Of a stretch of DNA of 64,000 nucleotides, positions 1 through 7,024 are shown piece after piece. Each line of letters begins with the position of its first letter. Positions within the stretch are counted from its first letter, which is position 1. Source of the DNA: Lachnospiraceae bacterium (GTDB taxonomy: Bacteria; Bacillota; Clostridia; Lachnospirales; Lachnospiraceae). Location of the stretch: assembly GCA_963594555.1 (NCBI GenBank), contig CAVBEI010000001.1:68034-132033 (forward strand), in the 5' to 3' direction. Below the pieces are notes generated by a model, which saw only the letters and a program-made list of their open reading frames with translations, had not been told where the DNA came from and did no database searches. The position numbers and the translations under genes were made by a program.

Positions 1-98
1 TGCATCAGAGAATTTTCAATAGCTTCGATCAAGGTATCCTTGCTGATATTTTTCTCCTTTTCGAGTTCTTCAAGTGCTGTTAGTAAAGCGTTCTTCAT
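1..98 (-). CDS. nusA: Transcription termination/antitermination factor NusA, N-terminal fragment (runs off window)
   Basis: The minus-strand ORF from the ATG at 96-98 translates as MKNALLTALEELEKEKNISKDTLIEAIENSLM, a typical NusA N-terminus. An AGGAGG RBS lies upstream. It sits directly downstream of rimP, as in rimP-nusA-infB operons. Confidence 0.7.
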   Translation of the reverse strand, partial: MKNALLTALEELEKEKNISKDTLIEAIENSLM

Positions 99-113
99 TT
101 TTCCTTTTTCCTC

Positions 114-578
114 CTAAAAATCAATTGCCAGCCGAATCAGGGCAATCTCTGCTCTGGCAAAAGTAAGTTCTGTGTCATCTGCTGCAATTACAATATGTTC
201 TGCATCAAAACGCTGTAAAATACCGAAAAACTGTTTTTCGTGGTTTATCGGACGGAAGGTATGAATCTCCACTTCTTCACCGATGCTTGCTGCTAAATGC
301 TTATCCTTTTTTAATGGTCTGCCAAGCCCAGGAGAGCTCACCTCAAAAACATAGGAATCTGCGATAAAATCCCGTTCATCTAACAGAGGGTTCATCTCTC
401 TTGCAACGATCTCACAATCGTCGACCGAAATGCCGCCCGGTTTATCAATATAAACCCGCAGGTAGTTGGTGCCTCCCTCCTTGACGTATTCCACGTCATA
501 GAGTGAAAAATGATTTTTCTCAAGAATCGGCAGAAGCAGCTGCTCGGCTTGTGCTTCATAATCCTGTCTTTTTGACAT
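114..578 (-). CDS. rimP: Ribosome maturation factor RimP
   Basis: ORF 114..677. The start was moved to the ATG at 578 (MSKRQDYEAQAEQLLLPILEKNHF...), which follows a GGAAGG-type RBS. It shows the RimP/YlxS family pattern and lies immediately upstream of nusA. Confidence 0.85.
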   Translation of the reverse strand: MSKRQDYEAQAEQLLLPILEKNHFSLYDVEYVKEGGTNYLRVYIDKPGGISVDDCEIVAREMNPLLDERDFIADSYVFEVSSPGLGRPLKKDKHLAASIGEEVEIHTFRPINHEKQFFGILQRFDAEHIVIAADDTELTFARAEIALIRLAIDF

Positions 579-604
579 CGTTTCACCTTCCTTTTTTGTG
601 CCAA

Positions 605-639
605 TCAAAGAAATAAGAGTGGGCGTCAAACCCACTCTT
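605..639 (-). terminator. Rho-independent terminator downstream of cysK
   Basis: A 9-bp stem AAGAGTGGG/CCCACTCTT (615-639) with a 7-nt loop is followed on the minus strand by ATTTCTTTG. Confidence 0.5.
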
Positions 640-706
640 AAGACTAATAACATATTTAACTGTGGTAAGTGTAGCACTTATGAATGACAAATGCAAGCTA
701 AAAAAA

Positions 707-1636
707 TTATTCCTCAAACAACGGTGTGGAAAAATACCGTTCTGCCGTATCCGGCAGCACCGTCACAACGGTTTTTCCGGGCCCTAGCTTTTTTGCCAGC
801 TTACATGCAGCGGCAACATTCGTACCGCTGGAGATACCGCACATGAGTCCCTCTTCTCTGGCCAGGCGTTTTGCTGTATCGAGTGCTTCCGCATCGGATA
901 CTACATAAATATCATCGTAGATATTCAGATTTAAAATATCAGGGATAATGCCATCACCAATGCCCATCTGTAAATGGGTTCCAATAGTGCCCCCTGCAAG
1001 AATCGCAGCATTCTCCGGCTCAACTGCCCAGATCTCCACATCAGGATATTGTGCCTTTAATACCTCACCGATGCCTGTGATCGTGCCACCGGTACCTATG
1101 CCGGAGCAAAAACCGTCGATCGGTCCGGCTACCTGTTCCATAATCTCAAGTGCCGTATGATTTTTATGTGCCTTTACGTTATTGATATTTGCAAACTGTT
1201 GCGGCACAAAGACACGCGGATCTTTTTTTTGCATGCGTAGTGCCGTTTGAAGACATTCGTCGATGCAGGCACCGATATCTCCGGCATCATGAATCAGTAA
1301 AACATCTGCTCCATAATGTCGAATGAGCTTTCTGCGCTCCTCACTGACAGAATCCGGCATGATAATGACTGTCTTGTAGCCGCGCACTGCTCCGACAAGT
1401 GCCAGACCAATACCCTGATTTCCGCTGGTAGGCTCTACGATAATCGTATCCTGCCGGATGAGCCCCTCGCGCTCCGCTGCCTTGATCATGTTGAAGGCGG
1501 TACGTGTCTTGATCGAACCACCTACATTCAAGCCTTCAAATTTTACATAAATATCTGCACAGTCATCACCAACCATGCGCTGCAGCTTTACCATCGGTGT
1601 ATGACCGACTGCCTCTAAAATATTATTATAGATCAT
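707..1636 (-). CDS. cysK: Cysteine synthase A (O-acetylserine sulfhydrylase), PLP-dependent
   Basis: 309 aa. Motifs: LNVGGSIKTRTAFNMI (PLP lysine), PTSGNQGIGLA, GIGTGGTITG. An AGGAG RBS lies 7 nt upstream of the ATG. Confidence 0.9.
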   Translation of the reverse strand: MIYNNILEAVGHTPMVKLQRMVGDDCADIYVKFEGLNVGGSIKTRTAFNMIKAAEREGLIRQDTIIVEPTSGNQGIGLALVGAVRGYKTVIIMPDSVSEERRKLIRHYGADVLLIHDAGDIGACIDECLQTALRMQKKDPRVFVPQQFANINNVKAHKNHTALEIMEQVAGPIDGFCSGIGTGGTITGIGEVLKAQYPDVEIWAVEPENAAILAGGTIGTHLQMGIGDGIIPDILNLNIYDDIYVVSDAEALDTAKRLAREEGLMCGISSGTNVAAACKLAKKLGPGKTVVTVLPDTAERYFSTPLFEE

Positions 1637-1663
1637 ATGGATACTCCTACATAGTTTTTATAA

Positions 1664-1695
1664 AGTAAAAAAGGATTTCTCTTTCGAGAAATCCT
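1664..1695 (-). terminator. Rho-independent terminator directly after tRNA-Glu
   Basis: A 10-bp stem AGGATTTCTC/GAGAAATCCT with a 4-nt loop (1672-1695) is followed on the minus strand by a T5-6 run. It begins 4 nt after the tRNA discriminator base. Confidence 0.75.
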
Positions 1696-1699
1696 CTAG

Positions 1700-1771
1700 C
1701 AGTCCGTACGGGAATCGAACCCGTGTTTCCGCCGTGAGAGGGCGGCGTCTTAACCGCTTGACCAACGAACC
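1700..1771 (-). tRNA. tRNA-Glu, anticodon CUC, no encoded CCA
   Basis: Minus-strand sequence: GGUUCGUUGGUCAAGCGGUUAAGACGCCGCCCUCUCACGGCGGAAACACGGGUUCGAUUCCCGUACGGACUG. The acceptor stem is GGUUCGU/ACGGACU with two G-U pairs. The anticodon stem is CCGCC/GGCGG and the loop is CU-CUC-AC. The T arm is ACGGG-UUCGAUU-CCCGU. The architecture matches Firmicute tRNA-Glu. Confidence 0.9.
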
Positions 1772-1778
1772 GTGTATT

Positions 1779-1807
1779 ATAATATCAAACGCATTCGTAT
1801 ATGTCAA
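1779..1807 (-). promoter_or_regulatory. Sigma-A type promoter of tRNA-Glu (TTGACA-N17-TATTAT)
   Basis: On the minus strand, a consensus -35 TTGACA (1802-1807) is followed by a 17-nt spacer and a -10 TATTAT (1779-1784). An A/T-only UP-like tract lies upstream. The -10 ends 7 nt before the mature tRNA 5' end. Confidence 0.65.
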
Positions 1808-1835
1808 TAGGTTTTTAAAATTTTTTTAAAAAAAT

Positions 1836-2852
1836 TTAAGACTCGTATCCGTTTGGATTATTCTTCTGCCATCGGAATGAATCTGCGCACATTTCACGGA
1901 TACCAAGCGTTGCTTCCCATCCAAGCTCTTTTTTTGCCTTAGATGGATCGCAATAGCAGGTCGCGATATCACCCGGTCTTCGTGCAACGATCTCATAAGG
2001 GATCTTTATTTGATTTACCTCTTCAAAGGTTTTTACCAAATCAAGCACACTTACGCCTCGACCGGTGCCAAGATTATAGACACATAGTCCGGCATTCTCC
2101 TTAATCTTTTGTAGTGCACTGACATGACCGCGTGCTAAATCGACAACATGGATATAATCCCGTACGCCGGTACCGTCCGGTGTGTCATAGTCATCACCGA
2201 ATACATTTAACTTCGGGCGCTTGCCGACAGCAACCTGTGTGATATAGGGCATGAGGTTGTTCGGGATTCCGTTTGGATTCTCTCCCATCGTACCGCTCTT
2301 GTGGGCACCGATAGGATTAAAGTAACGCAGTAGTATGACATTCCACTGAGGATCTGCCTGCTGCATATCACTTAGGATCTGCTCGAGCATGGATTTCGTC
2401 CAGCCATAGGGATTCGTACACTGTCCCTTCGGGCAGTTCTCTGTGATAGGAATCTCTGCCGGATCTCCGTATACGGTCGCAGAGGAAGAAAAAATGATGT
2501 TCTTGCAGCCGTGTGTACGCATGACATCCACGAGCGTCAATGTTCCTGCAATGTTGTTCTCATAATACTCCCAGGGCTTTTCCACGGACTCTCCGACTGC
2601 CTTTAAACCGGCGAAATGAATGCAGCAGTCAATCGATTCCTTTTCAAAAACCTCGTTTAAGCGCGCACGATCTAAAATATCGCCCTTATAAAAGGGAATC
2701 TGCTTTCCGGTTAAGGCTTCTGCCCGTCGCAGGGATTCTTCGCTTGAATTGCTTAGATTATCGTATACGACAATCTCATAGCCGGCATCTAAAAGCTCGA
2801 TACATGTATGGCTGCCGATATAGCCGGCACCACCGGTGACTAAAATAGACAT
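1836..2852 (-). CDS. galE: UDP-glucose 4-epimerase
   Basis: 338 aa. Contains a Rossmann [17 protein letters not shown] and a catalytic YxxxK (PYGWTK). The whole length shows a GalE-like pattern. Confidence 0.9.
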   Translation of the reverse strand: MSILVTGGAGYIGSHTCIELLDAGYEIVVYDNLSNSSEESLRRAEALTGKQIPFYKGDILDRARLNEVFEKESIDCCIHFAGLKAVGESVEKPWEYYENNIAGTLTLVDVMRTHGCKNIIFSSSATVYGDPAEIPITENCPKGQCTNPYGWTKSMLEQILSDMQQADPQWNVILLRYFNPIGAHKSGTMGENPNGIPNNLMPYITQVAVGKRPKLNVFGDDYDTPDGTGVRDYIHVVDLARGHVSALQKIKENAGLCVYNLGTGRGVSVLDLVKTFEEVNQIKIPYEIVARRPGDIATCYCDPSKAKKELGWEATLGIREMCADSFRWQKNNPNGYES

Positions 2853-2985
2853 CTGTTTACCACCTTTCTTTTTTTACTAGTGTAACCTATTTTGTATAAA
2901 AAAACAGAAAAAAATGTAAATGAAACATGGAAATATGTTGCGTGACGTTTTATAATACAATATATCTAACACGAGGAGTAATGCC
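2853..2985. promoter_or_regulatory. Divergent promoter region, galE (minus) / AraC regulator (plus)
   Basis: The minus strand carries TTTACA-N16-TATACA upstream of galE. The plus strand carries TGGAAA-N17-TATAAT about 30 nt upstream of the araC-type ORF. Both were matched by eye only. Confidence 0.35.
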
Positions 2986-3840
2986 ATGCCCACAACTGAT
3001 ACCACCAATCATTATAAAAATTCCTATAAGGTTACAAAAAATGCACTTGTATCCCTATCCGTTTACAATGTCGGATGTCAAAAATGCGATGCGCTCTATC
3101 AGTGGGGACCCGGCGTGCGGGATCATTATCTGATTCATTATGTGATCTCGGGCTGCGGGCACTATAAGCTGGGAAAAAACAGCTATACCTTACATGCAGG
3201 TGATACCTTTCTCGTTTATCCGAATACCGAGGTTACCTACTATGCGGATGTGGATGATCCATGGGAATACGCATGGGTTGGTTTCAACGGCAGCGATGCG
3301 CTCCCGATTTTAAATGCAACGGATTTTACGATAGAACAGCCCTATATCCTTTCTACACCACTTAAAGATCAGATACTGCATCAATTGCTCTGTATCTATG
3401 AAGTGCGTGGCAATGAATTCGAACAGGCCGTTGAGATGACAGGGCGGCTCTATACGGCGCTGTCCTTGTTTATGCAGGGAGCCGTCAAAAAAATGCCGCA
3501 GACCTCCTATGAGAGCTACGTACAAAAAGCGACCTCCTTTATCAGCTCACATTATTCCTACCCGATTACGGTAGAGGATGTGGCCGCCTACGTCGGATTA
3601 AGCAGAAGCCATCTGTTTCGTTCCTTTGAAAAGGTACTATCCTGTTCACCGAAGGAATATCTGACCTCGTATCGCATTCGTCAGGCCTGTGCTCTGCTCG
3701 GACAAACGGATCTTTCCATCACAGCGATCGCTAATTCGGTTGGCTTTGAAAATAACCTCTATTTCTCGAAGGCCTTTCACAAGGCAAAGGGGATCGCTCC
3801 AAAGGGCTATCGTGATGCGATCCGCATCGAAAAAAAATAA
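2986..3840 (+). CDS. AraC/XylS family transcriptional regulator (cupin + double HTH)
   Basis: 284 aa. The N-terminal half is cupin-like. The C-terminal HTH pair is VAAYVGLSRSHLFRSFEK ... IANSVGFENNLYFSKAFHK. A GAGGAG RBS is present. It is one of only two plus-strand genes. Confidence 0.85.
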   Translation: MPTTDTTNHYKNSYKVTKNALVSLSVYNVGCQKCDALYQWGPGVRDHYLIHYVISGCGHYKLGKNSYTLHAGDTFLVYPNTEVTYYADVDDPWEYAWVGFNGSDALPILNATDFTIEQPYILSTPLKDQILHQLLCIYEVRGNEFEQAVEMTGRLYTALSLFMQGAVKKMPQTSYESYVQKATSFISSHYSYPITVEDVAAYVGLSRSHLFRSFEKVLSCSPKEYLTSYRIRQACALLGQTDLSITAIANSVGFENNLYFSKAFHKAKGIAPKGYRDAIRIEKK

Positions 3841-3842
3841 AG

Positions 3843-3873
3843 AAAAAGGTGCCGGAAATCCGACACCTTTTTT
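3843..3873. terminator. Bidirectional intrinsic terminator between araC-type gene and rplT
   Basis: The hairpin AAAAAGGTGCCGG-aaat-CCGACACCTTTTTT has one mismatch. An A-run lies 5' and a T-run 3', so it is usable on both strands between the convergent genes. Confidence 0.7.
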
Positions 3874-3881
3874 ATGCCATA

Positions 3882-4238
3882 TTAAGCTAATTTTGCTTTT
3901 GCCATCTCAGCTAATGCTGCAAAGCCCTCTGCGTCATTGACAGCAAGCTCTGCTAACATCTTACGGTTCATATCTACACCGGCTAATTTTAAGCCATGCA
4001 TCATTCTGCTGTAGGATAAGCCGTTCATACGCGCTGCAGCATTGATACGAGCGATCCATAACTGACGGAACTGTCTCTTTTTCTGCTTACGTCCTGCATA
4101 GGAGCTGGTCAGTGCTCTCATAACAGACTGCTTTGCAATACGATACTGCTTAGAACGGGCTCCTCTGTAGCCCTTTGCTAATTTCAAGGTACGATTATGC
4201 TTTTTACGTGCGTTTAAACCACCTTTAACTCTTGCCAT
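3882..4238 (-). CDS. rplT: 50S ribosomal protein L20 (bL20)
   Basis: 118 aa, [26 protein letters not shown]... It is the last gene of the infC-rpmI-rplT operon. Confidence 0.97.
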   Translation of the reverse strand: MARVKGGLNARKKHNRTLKLAKGYRGARSKQYRIAKQSVMRALTSSYAGRKQKKRQFRQLWIARINAAARMNGLSYSRMMHGLKLAGVDMNRKMLAELAVNDAEGFAALAEMAKAKLA

Positions 4239-4263
4239 TTCTTATGTCCTCCTTCACAAACTC

Positions 4264-4461
4264 TTACAGATAAGGTAAGATCTTCTTCATTGTCTTTACA
4301 TTTGTAGCATCGGTCATCGTTGCCTGTCTTAAATTTCTCTTACGCTTTGTAGATTTCTTGGTTAAGATATGGCTCTTGTAGGCTTTGTTTCTCTTTAAGT
4401 TTCCGCTACCGGTTTTTGAAAAACGCTTTGCAGCAGCTCTTTTTGTTTTGATCTTAGGCAT
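4264..4461 (-). CDS. rpmI: 50S ribosomal protein L35 (bL35)
   Basis: The start was set at the internal ATG ([24 protein letters not shown]..., 65 aa) behind a GGAGGA RBS. The longer ORF-track N-terminus overlaps infC and is spurious. Confidence 0.95.
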   Translation of the reverse strand: MPKIKTKRAAAKRFSKTGSGNLKRNKAYKSHILTKKSTKRKRNLRQATMTDATNVKTMKKILPYL

Positions 4462-4486
4462 GATAAATTCCTCCTTTAATGTTTCT

Positions 4487-4993
4487 TTATTTTTTCTCTC
4501 CAAGCACCATAGCCAGGCTTCTGCCCTCTTGCTTTGGTGCTTTTTCAACGACTGCAATATCGGCCAGCTGTGCTGCAATATCGTCTAATATATGACGACT
4601 CTGCTGCATATGTGCCATCTCTCTGCCTCGGAAACGAAGTGTGATCTTGACCTTATTTCCTTTTCCGATGAATTTTCTGGCAGCATTGATCTTAGTATTC
4701 AGATCATTGGAATCAATATTCGGAGAAAGACGTACTTCCTTAAGCTCGACGGTCTTTTGCTTCTTTCTCGCATCCTTTTCCTTGCGTGCAAGCTCATAAC
4801 GGTACTTTCCGTAATCGACGATCTTGCATACAGGCGGCTTTGCCGTAGGCGCGATCTTAACCAGATCAAGCTCTGCTTCATCCGCAAGGCGCATAGCCTC
4901 CTTGATCGGCATAACTCCTAACTGATCTCCGTTTTCTCCAATTACACGAACCTCCTTGTCACGGATCTGTTCGTTGATCATTAATTCGCTAAT
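4487..4993 (-). CDS. infC: Translation initiation factor IF-3, predicted AUU start codon
   Basis: The ORF-track start (ATG at 4981) has no RBS. An in-frame ATT at 4991-4993 lies 7 nt downstream of GGAGGTG (5001-5007). This gives (M)[18 protein letters not shown]..., which matches the usual IF-3 N-terminus. A rare AUU start is the known autoregulatory feature of infC. Confidence 0.9.
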   Translation of the reverse strand: MSELMINEQIRDKEVRVIGENGDQLGVMPIKEAMRLADEAELDLVKIAPTAKPPVCKIVDYGKYRYELARKEKDARKKQKTVELKEVRLSPNIDSNDLNTKINAARKFIGKGNKVKITLRFRGREMAHMQQSRHILDDIAAQLADIAVVEKAPKQEGRSLAMVLGEKK

Positions 4994-5239
4994 GACACCA
5001 CACCTCCATTTTTGTATTTTGTAATTGCTCAGTTGACTTTCTATACAGTCCGATAAACAGCCTGGTATCCGTTATAATAAAAAATGGATACAACACCTGT
5101 ATCCACGATAATCATTCGACATATGAAAAATAGGTCGTAAAATCTGTCCAATCCTCTAATCTCTACATCGAATCTATATAAACCCAAGTCACGCGCTTGT
5201 GCTAAGGTGAGAGTGGATACTCTGCTTGCTGTTTTCAAC
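4994..5239 (-). promoter_or_regulatory. Long structured 5' leader of infC-rpmI-rplT (candidate L20-responsive leader)
   Basis: About 245 nt separate the predicted promoter from the infC start. The leader contains an internal intrinsic terminator. This is consistent with the L20-dependent attenuation leader known for Firmicute infC operons. It has not been verified against a covariance model. Confidence 0.5.
5074..5105 (-). terminator. Leader attenuator (intrinsic terminator) upstream of infC
   Basis: An 8-bp stem TGGATACA/TGTATCCA with a 5-nt loop (5085-5105) is followed on the minus strand by TTTTTTATTAT. It lies about 80-90 nt upstream of the infC start. Confidence 0.6.
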
Positions 5240-5245
5240 TCAATT

Positions 5246-5274
5246 AAGATACCACAGTAAATAACCTCCGTCAA
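5246..5274 (-). promoter_or_regulatory. Sigma-A type promoter of the infC operon (TTGACG-N17-TATCTT with TGn)
   Basis: The minus strand reads cgcTTGACGgaggttatttactgTGgTATCTT. The -35 is at 5269-5274, the -10 at 5246-5251, and a TG lies one base upstream of the -10. Confidence 0.5.
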
Positions 5275-5346
5275 GCGTTTTTTGTGTTTTTATATATTTT
5301 TTTGACGGATTATGATAATCTAGTAGTATTAGGAAAGGAGTCAACC

Positions 5347-6207
5347 ATGGACACACGAATCATTGATCTGCATGTACACTCAAACGCCTCTGACGGAACA
5401 CTCTCTCCAAGCGAGCTTGTTGATGAAGCCAAAAAGGCAGGTCTTTTTGCTTTTGCTCTAACTGACCACGATACAACAGATGGAATAAAAGAAGCAAGGG
5501 AGGCAGCGAGTAAAGCAGGCATCGAGCTCATCTCCGGAGTGGAGCTGTCGACCGAATACGAAGGAAAAGAGATTCATGTACTAGGTCTGTGCATCGACGA
5601 AAACGAGCCCTCACTGCAAAAAAGGATGGCAGCTTTTCGCACCGGCCGAGATAACCGAAATATCTATATGTTAGAAAAGCTGCGTAACGCAGGCTTTGAT
5701 ATTACGATCGAGGATTTGCAGGCGCGTTTTCCTGATGCCGTACTTACAAGAGCGCATATTGCCAGATTTTTGCTGGATCAGGGAGCGATTCCTGATATGA
5801 AGACCGCTTTTACAAGGTATATTGGTGATGACTGCCCCTGCTATGTTCCGCGGGAAAAGATCACTCCCATGGAAGCCGTAAGCTTTATTTTAGAGGCCAG
5901 AGGCATTCCGATACTTGCACATCCTGTCATGTATCATATGAAAAAAGAGCAGCTGCTTCGTATGCTTCAGGAAATGAAGGCATGCGGTCTATGTGGCATC
6001 GAGGCTATATATAGTGAAAACACACCGGCAGACGAACAGCTCTATAAGGAGATAGCTCGTTCGCAGGGTCTGCTCATCTCCGGCGGCTCTGATTTTCACG
6101 GAAGCAATAAGCCTGATCTATATCTGGGAAAAGGTCGCGGCAGACTTTTTATCCCGTATGCGCTCCTAGCTGGCATTAAAGAAAAAAAGGCCGAGCTATT
6201 CGGTTAG
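5347..6207 (+). CDS. PHP-domain metal-dependent phosphoesterase (TrpH/YciV-like)
   Basis: The start was set at ATG 5347 after an AGGAAAGGAG RBS. Motifs: IDLHVHSNASDGT, LTDHDT, and GGSDFHG near the C-terminus. Confidence 0.85.
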   Translation: MDTRIIDLHVHSNASDGTLSPSELVDEAKKAGLFAFALTDHDTTDGIKEAREAASKAGIELISGVELSTEYEGKEIHVLGLCIDENEPSLQKRMAAFRTGRDNRNIYMLEKLRNAGFDITIEDLQARFPDAVLTRAHIARFLLDQGAIPDMKTAFTRYIGDDCPCYVPREKITPMEAVSFILEARGIPILAHPVMYHMKKEQLLRMLQEMKACGLCGIEAIYSENTPADEQLYKEIARSQGLLISGGSDFHGSNKPDLYLGKGRGRLFIPYALLAGIKEKKAELFG

Positions 6208-7016
6208 GCAAGCACAAATCGCTCGATAACCTCGGCAATCGCACCACCGTTGTTAGTCTCCTTTGTCACATAATCAGCGATTTTTTGTACGTTAGGATTG
6301 GCGTTTGCGACTGCTACTCCGATTTTGGCAGCCTGTATCATCTCCACATCGTTTGTCTCATCTCCGATAGCGATAGTATCTGCCGGATCAACACTAAGCA
6401 GAGCAGACAAAAAATCAATACCGGTCTGCTTTGATACACCCTCCGGCACAATCTCTAAATATTGTGGGCAGGAAAAGAGCATTCGACATTTTCCGCGTAC
6501 AAAGTCCTTCTGACTTTCACGAAACGCAACAAGCCTGTCATGATCCGTCAAATGAATCACGATCAGCTTGCATGGCTCTTTTGTCAGATGATCTAATACA
6601 TCCTCCCGTGGAGCGGCTTTAAGGTTTGTGCGGCTCGCATAATAGGCAAGCTCCTCGGTGGCCTTTTTTGTCAAAATCTCTTCATTTTGATAGGTGTGAA
6701 TATAGAGACCTGCCGCATCAGCACGTGCAAACAGCTCTCTGGTCAGCTCAAGCGACAGAGTCCTTTTTGCCAACACCTTTTTTTGAAAGCAATCATACAC
6801 ATGTGCACCATTGTAGGATACCATGTAGCAGCCGGGTGTATTAAGGCCGAGTGAGTCGGATACTTTTCTTGCACTTTCAAACGGCCGGCCGGTTGCGATC
6901 ACAAATGAATGCCCGGCCTTTGTCGCACGCAAAATCGCCTCACGGTTTTGCGGTGTGATCTGCTTTTTATCATCTAGAAGCGTACCATCTAGATCAGAAA
7001 ATATAATTTTACTCAT
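6204..7016 (-). CDS. Cof-type HAD-IIB family hydrolase (sugar-phosphate phosphatase-like)
   Basis: 270 aa. HAD motifs are FSDLDGTLL (motif I), VIATGRP and GDETNDVEM (motif IV). Confidence 0.85.
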   Translation of the reverse strand: MSKIIFSDLDGTLLDDKKQITPQNREAILRATKAGHSFVIATGRPFESARKVSDSLGLNTPGCYMVSYNGAHVYDCFQKKVLAKRTLSLELTRELFARADAAGLYIHTYQNEEILTKKATEELAYYASRTNLKAAPREDVLDHLTKEPCKLIVIHLTDHDRLVAFRESQKDFVRGKCRMLFSCPQYLEIVPEGVSKQTGIDFLSALLSVDPADTIAIGDETNDVEMIQAAKIGVAVANANPNVQKIADYVTKETNNGGAIAEVIERFVLA

Positions 7017-7024
7017 AGCTACCT

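Noticed and set aside
1808-1838. A/T-only palindrome (TTAAAATTTTTTT/AAAAAAATTTAA) after galE, considered as a galE terminator.
   Set aside because: The stem would be exclusively A-U and is unlikely to be stable. It is more plausibly an UP-like A/T tract for the tRNA-Glu promoter. It is not called as a terminator.
5041-5274. 77-aa minus-strand ORF between the PHP gene and infC.
   Set aside because: It lies entirely within the predicted infC leader RNA and starts inside the -35 box. It contains the attenuator hairpin and has no RBS.
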